In this document: piece by piece, positions 23,179-36,012 of the stretch
Numbering within the stretch: position 1 is the stretch's first letter
Layout of the letters: each line of letters opens with the position of its first letter
Assembly: GCF_001194135.2 (NCBI RefSeq)
Contig: NC_068996.1
Coordinates: 39,380,503-39,444,502, forward strand
Origin: Octopus bimaculoides
Lineage: Eukaryota
Reading direction: 5' to 3'
Length of the DNA stretch: 64,000 nucleotides
The notes under the pieces: model-generated
Seen by the model: the letters and a program-made list of their open reading frames with translations, nothing else
What the model was told of the DNA's origin: nothing
Database searches by the model: none
Program-made: the position numbers and the translations under genes

Positions 23179-23589
23179 AAAGTGATGTGACAATGATTTG
23201 GCTATGTTAATTTCAGGCATGACTGTCAAGACAATCAACCTACCAGATATTGTTATCAAAGAAAGGGATGAAAGTCTACGTTCTCTGAAACAGATCTTTG
23301 TTTCTTTTCGATGAAACATTGGCCAGAGAGAAGTTAAGAAATTGCTAAAACTACAAAATCCTTGAAAAGGAAATGCATTTCATGAAAGTAAAAAACTGAA
23401 AATTTTAATTATTTTCGTGTCTTTGGTCAGTGAGAAATATTTCTTATTTGCTTCTATCTAGAAATCAAAGGAAATGACTACTATTCCCTTCAAACTTTGC
23501 CTTTGTGACCTGGACATCAATGTCTTGAAACTGACCTGTTTTCCATTACATTTCAGACAGATTCAGCACTGAGTTGCTGAAGCAGAAAT

Positions 23590-23765
23590 ATCATTATAGC
23601 AAATATTCTACTGAATACCACAGATTTGTTTGTCAGTTGCTTGATATTAACCACTTTATCCTTTGGTGGTTGACAATATGTGCATTTTTGATGATGAGCA
23701 GGAGTAGTCGGGGGGAGCATCACAGCTATGTGTTGAGAGGGATTCTTTGGGGGTTTGAATAAATG
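23590..23765 (+). mobile_element. Fragment of interspersed repeat family F
   Basis: Reverse complement of part of 63056-63573 (CAAATATTCTACTGAATACCACAGATTTG...GGGGTTTGAATA). Confidence 0.65.
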
Positions 23766-24067
23766 TAACAAAAGCAAAGTCTGAAGGAAATATTAACCAT
23801 TTTTCATACTGTCTAGGGGTTAGCATATAGGATGTAACAGTTGTTACCTAAGGATAAAGATCATGTTAGACAGTGTAATTGGAGCTTTAGTTATGTTTAA
23901 AAACAATATGAACAACAAAAACTATAATTAAAAACCTAACAAAAATCCATATAGTCTAAAAAAAATAGTCCTGCAGCATGCAGCCTAAATCCTGTCCATG
24001 ATATTTTCCTTTCAATGGCACAAGTAACACAATTCATGCGACATATGTTTACTATCCAATAAAAGTA

Positions 24068-24375
24068 TAGTTGGCACTCCGTCGGTTACAACGTCGAGGG
24101 TTCCAGTTGATCCAATCAACGGAACAGCCTGCTTGTGAAATTAATGTGCAAGTAGCTGAGCACTCCAAAGACACGTGTACCCTTAACGTAGTTCTCGGGG
24201 ATATTTAATGTGACACAGAGTGTGACAAGGCTGACCCTTTGAATTACAGGCACAACAGAAACAGGAAGTAAGAGTGAGAGAAAGTTGTGGTGGAAGAGTA
24301 CAGCAGGGTTCGCCACCATCCCCTTGCCGGAGCCTTGTGGAGCTTTAGGTGTTTTCGCTCAATAAACACTCACAA
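24068..24375 (-). mobile_element. SINE family D, head lost in gap
   Basis: Shares its body with 17070-17745 and its 5' region with 44848-45019. Confidence 0.7.
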
Positions 24376-24768
24376 NNNNNNNNNNNNNNNNNNNNNNNNN
24401 NNNNNNNNNNNNNNNNNNNNNNNNNNNNNNNNNNNNNNNNNNNNNNNNNNNNNNNNNNNNNNNNNNNNNNNNNNNNNNNNNNNNNNAATGCATAGAAAAT
24501 GCAATCACTAATTCAATAATCTGGGACAACCAAACTCAATACATCCAACGCAATCACCTTCTGTTAATATAATACAACCTGAACAGTGCATACTCTATGC
24601 AATCACCACTTCAGTAAAATGACATGGCATAATATTGTTACATAATTGATACCTTCTATTGTGATATGTCACCCATACCGCCAATCAACAAACAGCTCAC
24701 GTATAATTCATATTCTGTGCAATCGTCACAGAGGACATACTGTGCATAATCCGTACTTGATGCATAAT

Positions 24769-24935
24769 TGTTATGTCTCAATGCTACTGCTATCTAGCAC
24801 CTTCGGATGATCTCTACTCAACTGCTACACCACTGCTTCTCAACTGCTACTCAACACACCTACCACGGCCAGACTACCTCTATTTATATGTCTTGGGTGG
24901 ATCCTACTTCTTCGCCTGGGAGCGTCGACACAACA
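24769..24935. mobile_element. Possible short solo LTR
   Basis: TG...CA termini with a 9-bp inverted repeat (TGTTATGTC/GACACAACA, 8/9), near-matching 5-bp flanks ATAAT/ATAAC, and an internal TATA-like CTATTTATAT. Confidence 0.4.
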
Positions 24936-25189
24936 ATAACGCAACACAACACAACACGGCACAATGCATTATGAAACGCATTCGCGAGTTGATGAGATAA
25001 CACAACTTAGACTTGCCAGTGCCAGTGTTTTACGCAACAAATGGGTTAAACTCTAAAAATAACACCAGAAATAAAATAAAAATAAAACAAAACAAAGCAA
25101 AACAAAACAAAACAAACCTGCTGCAACAAAGTGAAACAGGTGTAGAGTAATAAACACAACTTGAATCTTGCATGAAACTATTGAAAAAC

Positions 25190-25198
25190 ATGACAATA

Positions 25199-25242
<44 letters not shown>

Positions 25243-25459
25243 GACAATGATGATGATGATGATGAAGAGGATGAAGACAATGATGATGACGACGATGATG
25301 ATGATGATGATGATGAAGACAATGATGATGATGACGACGACGATGATGATGATGATGATGAAGACAATGATGATGATGACGACGACGACGATGATGATGA
25401 TGATAATGAAGACAATGATGATGGCGACGACGATGATGATGATGAAGATGATGAAGACA

Positions 25460-25498
<39 letters not shown>

Positions 25499-25506
25499 TA
25501 TGATGA
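25190..25506. repeat. Compound (GAT/GAC)n microsatellite with periodic GAAGACAAT interruptions
   Basis: Read directly from the sequence. Confidence 0.9.
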
Positions 25507-25817
25507 CTGGGTCTGGTGACAATAATGACATTTGTTATCTTTAAGGTTATTGTTTTTATGCTTGTTATGAATGGGCATATTTCACCAAGTTCTGCTTCGA
25601 AGATACTTTCTTCCAAGATTAATCCAAACGAGTGTTTCTTGTTTCTCTTTTGTCAATAAAAGAAAGTCTTTTGGAACGTTTGAATGTCCATCTAAGTGCA
25701 CTGCGGTAGGAAAGCACTACGGTAAACATGTCTTTGACATGTTTATCGTATGTGTAAATACTTTTAGCTAACAACTGTTTTTGCTTTGTTTATTACTGGC
25801 TCAATATGGCAACTTAC

Positions 25818-25876
25818 CTCTGCAGCAGGTGGAAGAAGTGCAAGGCACCGAAAACGGTAGCATTGAGTACACCTGA
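25818..25876 (-). CDS. Candidate 59-nt exon of an unidentified gene
   Basis: Minus strand has ...TTCCAAAATCTAG acceptor and GAG|GTAAGT donor; GC-balanced unique sequence, open in all three frames. No product recognised. Confidence 0.25.
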
Positions 25877-25937
25877 CTAGATTTTGGAAATTTTTGAAAA
25901 ACACAAAAATAGATTAAAAGGAAAAGATAAAAAGATT

Positions 25938-26340
25938 AGGTGGCAAGCTGACAGAAACGTTAGCAAGCCGGGCGAAATGATAAGTGGTATTTCGTCTGTC
26001 TTTACGTTCTGAGTTCAAATTCCACCAAGGTTGACTTTGCCTTTCATCCTTTCGGCGTCGATAAATTAAGTACCAGTATGCACTGGGGTCGATGTAATCG
26101 ACTTAATCCGTTTGTCTGTCCTTGTTTGTCCCCTCTGTGTTTAGCCCCTTGTGGGCGATAAAGAAATAAGAAAACGATAAAAAGTAGTAAAATATTGGAT
26201 TCAAATTTTGGCACAAGGCTAGCAATTTCAGGGGAAGGGGTAAGTCTGTTGCATCAACCCCAGTACTCAACTGGTACTTACTTTATTGACCTCTAAAAGG
26301 ATTAAAAGCAAAGTTAACCTCAGCAAAATTTGAATTCAGA
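25938..26340. mobile_element. SINE family A pair, tail-to-tail (+ 25938-26170; - about 26200-26340)
   Basis: Full + copy with approximate flanking duplication AAAAGATAAAAAG/AAAACGATAAAAAG, followed by a reversed 3' part. Confidence 0.75.
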
Positions 26341-27359
26341 ATTTTCTTTTTTCTTGCAAGTACTTGGTGACCCTGTCAGTGCAGGTGTCACTGTGAAGTG
26401 GTTGGCATTTGGAAGGGCATCCAGCTGTAAAAAACCTAGTCAAAACTGACCTCACCTGTGCTTGTGCCACATAAAAAGCACCAAGTCTGCTCAGCTGTAA
26501 AAATCCTGCCAAAACAGTCACAGAAGTCTGGTTCAGGCCTTCTGCCTGGCCGGCTCTTGTCAAACCATCTCACCCATGCTGGCACGGAAGGCGGATGATG
26601 ATTATGATGACGATGACGACGATGGTAACAGTGATGATGAGGATGATGACAGTGACGACGACGATGATGATGATTATAAAACCTGATGAAATGTCGCTAA
26701 CCATTTTGTCCAGCATGCTAACAATTCTGCCAGCAGGCAGCCTTAAAAAAAAAAAGCTAATAAAATATTACAGTTAAATAAGCAGGTACACGTATAACAA
26801 CAATGGAAACACAAATGCAATGGCAATAACAGAAATGCCTCCAGCAAGACCATTTTGTTCTTTCCATATTTTGTAGATCATGTGGAGCTATTCAATGTCA
26901 GCTTGTTGAAGGAAAAGCTGATGGTACAGAGGAAGAACATCACAAAATATAGCCTCTTTTCCTGATGAAGAGCATCCAGTTGTAGAAACCTTGCCAAATC
27001 AGATTGGAATCTGGTGCAGCTCCCTGGCGTACCAATTTTCAGTTAAACCTTCCAGCCCATGACAGTATGGAAAGCAGACGTTAAATGATGATGAAGATGA
27101 TGGTGAAATCCACTCACGAGGCTTTGGTTGGCCCAAGGCTATAATAGAAGATACTTGCCCAAGGTGCCATGCAGTGGGAATGAACCCACAACCATGGGTA
27201 GCAAACTTCCTATCACACAGCCACACCTGTGCCTGTATTCTTGCAGTCATTACTTCTTTTGTTAATACTGTATACCGTTTGTTCTTCCTTCCTTTTTTAA
27301 AAAATCATTCCATTCTATGTTAATTCTTTAAGTCAGTCTTCATATTGTCTCCCTCATCC

Positions 27360-27377
27360 ATTGCCCTTGTGGCAAAT

Positions 27378-27420
<43 letters not shown>

Positions 27421-27917
27421 TATTATCATCATCATCATCATCATCATCACCATAACCGTTATTGTTGTCGTTGTTATAATGAAACTCATTCAACAGATTT
27501 TAATAAAAGTTCAATTTCTTCTTCTTCTTCTTCTTCTTCTTCTTCTTCTTCTTCTTCTTCTTCTTCTTCTTCTCCTTCTCCTTCTCCTTCTCCCCCCCCC
27601 CCTTTTGGTGCTAATTTATGGGTACAAATTTGGACTTTCTGAGATACAATTCTAATACAGAATCAATCAGGTAGTTTGATCTTTCAAGAACCATGTAAAT
27701 GAATTTGACCTAGTTTTTGAATTTTCTTTTTCTTTTCTTTTTTTTTCTTTTTTGGTTCTGGCTCACGAAATAAAGGTGTTATGCTATGACAATTTTATAA
27801 TTATTCTCTATCTATTCCACAATTTCAATACCTCTTTCACTTGCTTCCATCTTCTCTTGGTATTTTTTTTTCCCCCAATTTTCTTTTCTTTACTTTCACT
27901 CACTTTCTCTTTCTTTT

Positions 27918-27960
<43 letters not shown>

Positions 27961-28303
27961 CAATATCTCTTTACTGTTCCTTCCTTTCTTGTCTTTCTCT
28001 TCCATTTCCTCCTCTGTTTCTCTCCAATTCTGTTATACATTCAAAAACACACACACACACAATTCAAATGCACACAATATATGCACATACACACACGTGT
28101 GTGCGCACAATACAAACACACAATATGCATGCTACAAATGCACACAATACCCATGCACACACACACATGCACACACACACACATACACACATAATAAAAA
28201 TACACAATTCAAACACACACAATATACACACATACACCCGATACAAACACACACACACACTATGCAATTACACATAGACACACAATACATACGTGCACAC
28301 ACA

Positions 28304-28337
<34 letters not shown>

Positions 28338-28852
28338 ACAAACACACACAATACACATGTACAAAATACACACACACACACACACTATCCATCTCTGTTT
28401 TTTCTTAATTTTTTTCCTTTTCTTTTCTTTTTTTTTTCTCTTTTAGTTGCAACACTATTCCATTTAAAAGGGGAGAATGAAAGAATTGGCAAAACAAAGC
28501 AGAGCAGCAGACAAAAAAACAAAAAAAAAACAAAGAAGAAACAACAAAAAAACAGAAAGAAAAAATTCGACCTGTCATATTTTTAGTCTTATCTCTTTTT
28601 GTTCTGGGTTCAAATCGCATCAGAGTAAACTTTACATTCCATTCACCTCCCGGAATCAATAAAACAATGACAATGACAGTGGAAGTGGTGGCGGTGTTGG
28701 TGTTGTTGGTGTTGTTGTTGGAAGTAGTGGTGCTGACTGTGGTGGAGGTGGTGGCAGCAGCGGTTGAGGTGGCAGTAAAAGAATTGTGCCCATCACCAAA
28801 ATTTCTGGTTATCATAGAAATCAATATTCCATTTATTCTTGTGTGTGTATGA

Positions 28853-28883
<31 letters not shown>

Positions 28884-29324
28884 CGTGTGTGTGTGTGCGT
28901 GTGCGTGTGTATTTGTGTGTGCGAGTGTGCATTTGTATGCATGTATGTGTATGTATGTGTGTGTATGCATGTGTCTGTGTGTGTGCACACATATGTGCCT
29001 TTGTGTGTGTGTGTGTGTATCTGTTTGTGAGTGTCTGTGCATGTATTGGTATGTGTGTGTGTGTGTGTGTGTGTGTGTATAGAAGAAGAAAATTAAAATA
29101 ATAACAATTACCACAAGACAACAACAACAACAGCAATAACAACAAGAAACGAAGAAAGAAACAAACACCCACTGTATATCAGGGTGGGCTGATTTTTACA
29201 TTTTAATTTTCATGAAAATTTAAAAGAAAACAATAAATAAATAAATAACACTAAAAAACAAAGAAAGCTCATATACATACATACACATATATACAAACAT
29301 ACATACAAACATACATGCACACAT

Positions 29325-29359
<35 letters not shown>

Positions 29360-29482
29360 TATATGTTGTAGTGCACCTGAGCACTATACGCAATAATTTC
29401 ATTATTATTATATTATTACACACACACACATATGTACATATGTGTATGTACATATATTATTTGTGTATATGTATGAGTGTGT

Positions 29483-29532
<50 letters not shown>

Positions 29533-29694
29533 TTCTTATTGAACACTTGTAACTCCGAGTAATAGCTATTAAAGTTTCCACCTTCCAATAAATACGATAA
29601 AACTATAATAATTCATATTGAAATATGCCCTCTGCTACTTCTTGCTTGCACAATTCTTCTATTCTTAGTGTGTGTGTGTGTATGTATATGTGTG

Positions 29695-29725
<31 letters not shown>

Positions 29726-30010
29726 CTATATATACATCTATATATCTATATATATATATCTATATATATATATCTATATATATATATCTATATAGATATA
29801 CTAATATATACTTTTGTTATTTACACCACCTGTCCTCGTCTGTTGTTATTATTTGTATATTCTCCTAGATATATATATCTATATCTATATAGATATATAT
29901 ATATCTATATATACATATATAGATATCTATATCTATATCTATATATAAGTGTATATATTTATGTATGCATATATATGCATTTATATATTTATACGTATAT
30001 AAATATATAA

Positions 30011-30045
<35 letters not shown>

Positions 30046-30444
30046 GTATTAATTAATAGTAGGATGTATATATATATATATATATATATATACAGACACA
30101 CACATATATATATATGTGTGTGTGTATATATATATACATATAAGTATATATGTATATATATATATACATGCATACATATATAAATATATATATATATGCA
30201 AACACATACATATATATACATACATAGACACACACACACACACACACTTACACATTCATTACTTCATCAGTGACTAAAAAGATATTAATATCTTCCTTTT
30301 CTTTCTCACTTCTCTTGTTCTTCATTCTCTTTATTCTTTATTATTATTATTATTATTATTATTGTTGTTGTCGTTGTCGTAGTTGTTGTCGCTGCTAGTT
30401 TTGTCATTGTCAGTGTTGTAGGTGTTGTGGTTGTTCTTATACAT

Positions 30445-30483
<39 letters not shown>

Positions 30484-31218
30484 CACATACATATCTATGT
30501 ATGTGTATATGTGTGTGTATGTGTGTATGCATCTACATGTGTATGTATGTATGCATGTATGTATGTATATATATATATATATATTTTTAATTTATTGTTG
30601 TCAATTCAAAAAATAAAAGCTTTTAGCAGAAAAAAACTCCATGTTTCCATTGTGTTAGAACCTTCTTGCAAGGGCAATGGTGCCATGCAATTGCACACAC
30701 ACATACACACACACACACACAAACAGGTACACACACATGCACATACACATGCACACACACACACATGCACACATATTCACATATACACATGCGCACGCAA
30801 ATATACACACAGACACTTTCATATACACATATATATATATATTAACATATACATGAACATACACATACACACACACACACATGTATGTATACAAATATAT
30901 ACACAAAGACATGCATACACACAAACACACAAACATAAACTTGTGTACATATATTCATTTTCACAAGTCAGTTATACATAGTGTATAGGCGTACATATAC
31001 TCACACACACACAAGCATTTATATATTCACGTGTGTGTATGTACGTGTGTGTATGTGTGTGTGTGTGTGTGTGTGAGTGTGTATGTATGTGTGTGTGTTA
31101 CAATGTAACTGAAAAACAAGAAGAAAGGAAAGAATAAAATTTTTAAACATGACAAATAAAACAAACAAAAATACATGAAATAGATTAAACTCTCTTTCAA
31201 GTTTGAGAATGATTTCAT

Positions 31219-31257
<39 letters not shown>

Positions 31258-31460
31258 GGTTGCTGCTGATGATGAGGATGATGATGATGCTTATGATGTT
31301 GACAACAATGATGATAATCTTGACAACAGCAACAACGATGACAACGTTGGTTGATGATGATGATGATGATGATGATGAAGATGATGATGAAGAGAGCTGA
31401 TGATGGTGGTGATGACAATGACTGCAATGACGATGACAACATTGACAATGACAATGACAA
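27360..31460. repeat. About 4-kb field of alternating microsatellites: (CAT)n, (TCT)n, (CT)n, (CA)n, (TG)n, (TA)n, (CTG)n, (GAT)n
   Basis: Read directly; explains the HT/CV/YI/poly-Q/poly-D ORFs in the track. Confidence 0.92.
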
Positions 31461-31816
31461 TTATAAGAATGACGGTGGTAAATGCTGAAAGGTGATGTGA
31501 TGATTTAAATTTTTTTTGAGTTCACTTCCCAAAATCAGTAAATCTGACGGTTCCACTGCGCGTTGCTACAATTAGTTGCTGTTGTGTTGTTTAGACCCAG
31601 GTCAGCTATGACCCAGCAGATCTCAGATGAAAGGCATTCCAAGTATGACCATCACCTTCTTCTTCTTAACGGCCATAATTAATCTTGAATTATATAATCT
31701 AATGAATCTTTTAAATAGTAGAATCTGAAATGAAGAAAATTATTTTAGGGTCAAACAACTGCATAAAATGTTTTGGGAAGTGCGTTTAATTTCTTTGGGC
31801 CCTTGGTGTTTCAGAT

Positions 31817-31935
31817 CAGTTCTCCACGACTGGTATGCCATGGCACACTGGTGTGCCACAGTGGTAACCTGTATATAATTTTGTTTTTCCCGTATTTTTA
31901 GTTATATTTTTAGGTCAGGTGTGCCACCGAATTTT
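31817..31935. mobile_element. hAT-type non-autonomous element fragment
   Basis: CAGT... start with TGCCATGGCACACTGGTGTGCC subterminal motifs typical of hAT MITEs. Confidence 0.35.
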
Positions 31936-31984
31936 GAAAAGAATATATAAAAGAATACAAGTGAAAAAAGTTGAGGATCATCAT

Positions 31985-32290
31985 TATCCTCCTCCTCCTC
32001 ATCATCATCATCATCATCACCATCAACACCATCATCATCGTCATCGTCATCATCATCATCATCATCATCATCATCAACATCTGCCTTCTTTGCTGGCATG
32101 GGTTAGATGGTTTGACAGGAACCAACCAGGCAGAAGACTGGACCAAACTTCTGTGTCACTTTTGGCATGGTTTTTAGGGGTAGATGCCCTTCCCAGCAAC
32201 AACCACTCTGCAAAGTGGACTGAGTGCTTTTTATGTGGCACTGGCACAGGCGAGGTCAGTTTTAGATGTTTTAGTTATTTTGCCAGGCCT
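31985..32290 (-). mobile_element. RTE 3' UTR fragment with (CAT)n tail
   Basis: Matches the other RTE tails. Confidence 0.65.
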
Positions 32291-32375
32291 TGAGTTTGGT
32301 GATTTTCCTATTGCTTTATTTATAGACAGTAGTAGTAGTAGTAGTAGTAGTAGTATGGGGGGGGGGACATGTGCT

Positions 32376-33119
32376 GCTTCCACCATTTGTTGGTGCTTCC
32401 CGACCAACTCCTGGTGGTTGACACCTTTGTATTACTCAAGCAACATCCCTCCAACCCAATGGGTCTGTTTTGGGCAGTCGTTGCTGGCAAGAGGTTTTTA
32501 ACGATGTTGGAGTGCAAATCCTAACCCAACTTCTTTTAGTTGCCCTTAACAACATGCAGAGGAAACGTTGGTTCTGTTCTTATTACATACAGGTCCATAC
32601 ACAATACTTAGGGCAATGTGAAAGGGAGTGTTTTACTCAAGAATAGAACACACCATCCAGTATAGGAATCGAACCCAGAATCTGGTGGTTGTGAATGAAA
32701 CACCCTAACCACTAGACCATGTGTGTCACAAAGGTGCATGGCTGTAGGGTTGAAAGTCTATATTTAATATTTTGAGTTTTTGTTTTCCTGTGTGGTTTTC
32801 CTCAGTGGGAAGAAGGATGAAAAGAGAAGCTGGTTTTGGGAGAGTTTGATCCCAGTGTAAAGAGAAGTAGAACTTCTCCCATCCAAGGCTGACCATGTAT
32901 CTATATGTGTTTGGGCTGGTTTGGCCAAGATTTTCATAAGGAAGACTGGCAGTTGTCTATGCAAACAAATATTTCCCTCTCTATGCCACTGATGTCTATA
33001 TCCAAGTGAAAGGCCACTGACTCAGGTTCGTACCAGTGTCATCTCAGACATTTACTATCAGAACACAAAGAGCCAGAGGAGATGCTGGAAGGCTGGAAGC
33101 ACCAACAAATGGTGGAAGC
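32376..33119. repeat. Perfect 25-bp inverted repeat pair about 700 bp apart
   Basis: GCTTCCACCATTTGTTGGTGCTTCC (32376-32400) and GGAAGCACCAACAAATGGTGGAAGC (33095-33119); the right copy abuts a gap. Confidence 0.8.
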
Positions 33120-33554
33120 NNNNNNNNNNNNNNNNNNNNNNNNNNNNNNNNNNNNNNNNNNNNNNNNNNNNNNNNNNNNNNNNNNNNNNNNNNNNNNNNN
33201 NNNNNNNNNNNNNNNNNNNNNNNNNNNNNNNNNNNNNNNNNNNNNNNNNNNNNNNNNNNNNNNNNNNNNNNNNNNNNNNNNNNNNNNNNNNNNNNNNNNN
33301 NNNNNNNNNNNNNNNNNNNNNNNNNNNNNNNNNNNNNNNNNNNNNNNNNNNNNNNNNNNNNNNNNNNNNNNNNNNNNNNNNNNNNNNNNNNNNNNNNNNN
33401 NNNNNNNNNNNNNNNNNNNNNNNNNNNNNNNNNNNNNNNNACTACTACTCTAACATTTCCGCAAATCCATTGCCCTATATTGATACTTGTTTTTTTTTAC
33501 CAACTCCAAGAGGATGAAAGGCAAAAATAACTTTGACAGTATTTGAACTTTAGG

Positions 33555-33935
33555 TGGAGGCATGGCTGTGTGGTGAGAAGTTTGCTTCCCAACAATGTGG
33601 TCTAGGGTTCAGTCCCACTATGTGGCACCTTGCGCAAGTGTCTTCTTCGTTAGTCCCACCCCAACTAAAGCCTTGTAAGTGGATTTGGTAGACGGTGAAT
33701 GAAAACCAGTTTTCTCTGTGTATAATTCTGTGTGTATATGTCTGCTTGTGTCTTTTCATTTGTGTTTGTTGCCACCACTGCCTGATAACTTGTGTCGATT
33801 TGTTTAAATCCCCCTTACCCCTTACTTAGTGGTTTGGCAAAAAGAGACTGATAAAATAAGTACTGGGGTTGATATTTTTAAACATAAAGGTGGTGTCCCA
33901 ATATAGCTATGATCCAATGACTAACACAAGTAAAA
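33555..33935 (+). mobile_element. SINE family B, diverged
   Basis: GGCTGTGTGGT head, CTTGCGCAAGTGTCTTCT, then 3' half. Confidence 0.7.
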
Positions 33936-34621
33936 TATTAAAAAAGAACTTGAATAAAAATAAAATAAGAAATAAAAGAGTCAGAATGAATGTTGTTAGG
34001 TATTCTAGCATTCTATTCAATGCTCTAGTGATCCTGATAATTAGTAGCATTTTACAGCAACAACTAAAAAAAAAAATTGTAATTAAATACCACAAGACAT
34101 TTTGTTCAATGTTCTACCTTGGAAAAAAATATTTCATCTCCTAAGATGAAGTAAATAAACAGAAAACATTTCATCTTATTGTGTTAAGTTGTTAACACTA
34201 AGCAAAACTATTATTTTGGTATCGCCTGCAAATTAAATTATGTTTGAAGAACTGTAAAAAGAAACACAATTATGAGCAGAGAGTATAATGAAAGGGTGTC
34301 AGAAAACAACCTTGTGTTACTCCATGTTTATGCTAATAGAAAAAGAAGTGTGACTTCTTAACAGCAATATGATGGTTGATGATAAGGTGGGGAACAGGCA
34401 GAATTGTTAGCATGCCATATGAAATGCTTGCCAGCATTTTGTCCGTCATTACATCCTGAGTTCAAATTCCGCCAAGGTTGACCTAGCCTTTCATCCTTTC
34501 AGGGTTGATGAAATAAGTAACAATCAAGGAGTGGTCAGACATTCTATCCATCATCAATTCTCTACCATTCTCTACACAGAAACCACATTCTTGACCTGTT
34601 TTTTTAATTCTTTATTATTAA

Positions 34622-34900
34622 CCCACTATCTCCCATAATTCTATTAACTGGAATTTTTTTTATGAAACTTTGATTTCTAGCATAAAACAGCCTTAGAAAC
34701 ACGCTGGAATGATCAAAATAACATTTTAAATAGAAATAAGTGAGATATTGGATGAAAAATTAGCAAACCTCATTTGAATATCAGAGAAATATACCTAAGT
34801 AGATATAGCAAAAAGGTTAGATATGTGTAAATATTGACTGATAATTACGAAATTTGTAATTTTTAAACGATCTCATATGAGATTACTGGTAGGTAATGGG
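34622..34900. mobile_element. Second family of TTAA-flanked piggyBac-type MITE
   Basis: TTAA|CCCACTATC ... GGTAATGGG|TTAA. Confidence 0.55.
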
Positions 34901-34914
34901 TTAATACCATAACT

Positions 34915-35140
34915 GGCAGTAAGCTAACAGAGTCATTAAGACCTCAGACAAAATGCTCAGTGGTATTTCATCTGTCTTTACGTTCTGAGTTCAAATTCCA
35001 ACGAGGTTGACTTTGCTTTTTATCCTTTCAGGGTCAACAAAATAAATACCAACCGAGGACTGGGGTCAATGTAATCAACTTAGCCCCCCCACCTCACCTT
35101 CCCTGAAACTGCTGGCCTTGTGCCAAAATTTGATGCCAAT
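34915..35140 (+). mobile_element. SINE family A
   Basis: TTCTGAGTTCAAATTCC...GTTGACTTTGC core. Confidence 0.7.
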
Positions 35141-35384
35141 ATGGTGGTTGTTGATTTATTAAGAGTTGTTAGACACAATATTCTTATTCTCATTCCGTTA
35201 TGACTTTGTCACAGAACAGAAAGTCCTAGATAAACCCTGAAAAAATTACCATTTCTTCATAGGCTGACACAAAATTATACAAATTTCTGAATCAAAGAAT
35301 ATGTTTTTTTTTTTACGTGTGTTGATGTGAATCTCTGTGTCTCTCACTTTATGCCATTCCCTCTCCTTTTTTTTTATCTGTCAC

Positions 35385-36012
35385 ATGTGTGTGTGTGTGT
35401 GTGCATGCGTGCGTGTGTGCACATGTGTGTGCCTGTGTGACTATGAACACATGTATAAAGGATGTGTGTGCATGCACAACTGTATGTGTATGCGTGTGTG
35501 GTATATGTGTATGTGAGTGTGTGTGTTTGTGAGTATGTGTGAATGTGTGCATGTGTGTGTGTGGGTGTATGTGTGTATGTGAGTGTGTGTGCATGGGTGG
35601 TGGTGTATGAGTGTGTGTGTGTTTGTATGTGTGTGTATGTGTGTGTGAGTATGTGTGAATATGTGTGTGTGGGGAGTGTATGTGTGTGTGTGTGAGTGTG
35701 TGTGAATGTGTGTGTGAATGTGTGTGTGCATGAGGGGTGGTGTATGTGTGTGTGTGAGTGTGTGTGAGTTTGTGTGTGTGTATGTGTGTGAGTATGTGTG
35801 AATATGTGTGTGGGTGGTGGTATATGTGTGGGTGTGTGTGTGAGTGTGTGTGTGAGTGTGTGTGTGTTTGTGTATGTGTGTGTATGTGTGAATGTGTGTG
35901 TGTGCGTGGTTGGTGGTGTATGTGTGTGTGGGTGTATGTGTGTGTGTGAGTGTGTGTGAATGTGTGTGCATGGGTGGTGATGTGTGTGTGTGTGTGTGTG
36001 TGAGTGCGTGTG
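35385..36012. repeat. Degenerate (TG)n tract with recurring GGGTGGTGGTGTATG-like interruptions
   Basis: Read directly from the sequence. Confidence 0.85.

Noticed and set aside
25053-25616. Poly-Asp, poly-Ser, poly-Met and poly-His ORFs
   Set aside because: All frames of a (GAT)n microsatellite; no splice or homology support.
26960-26995. CTGATGA...GAAAC hammerhead-like spacing
   Set aside because: No stem II pairing; the sequence is a mutated RTE 3' UTR motif (GGCATCCAGCTGTAGAAAC).
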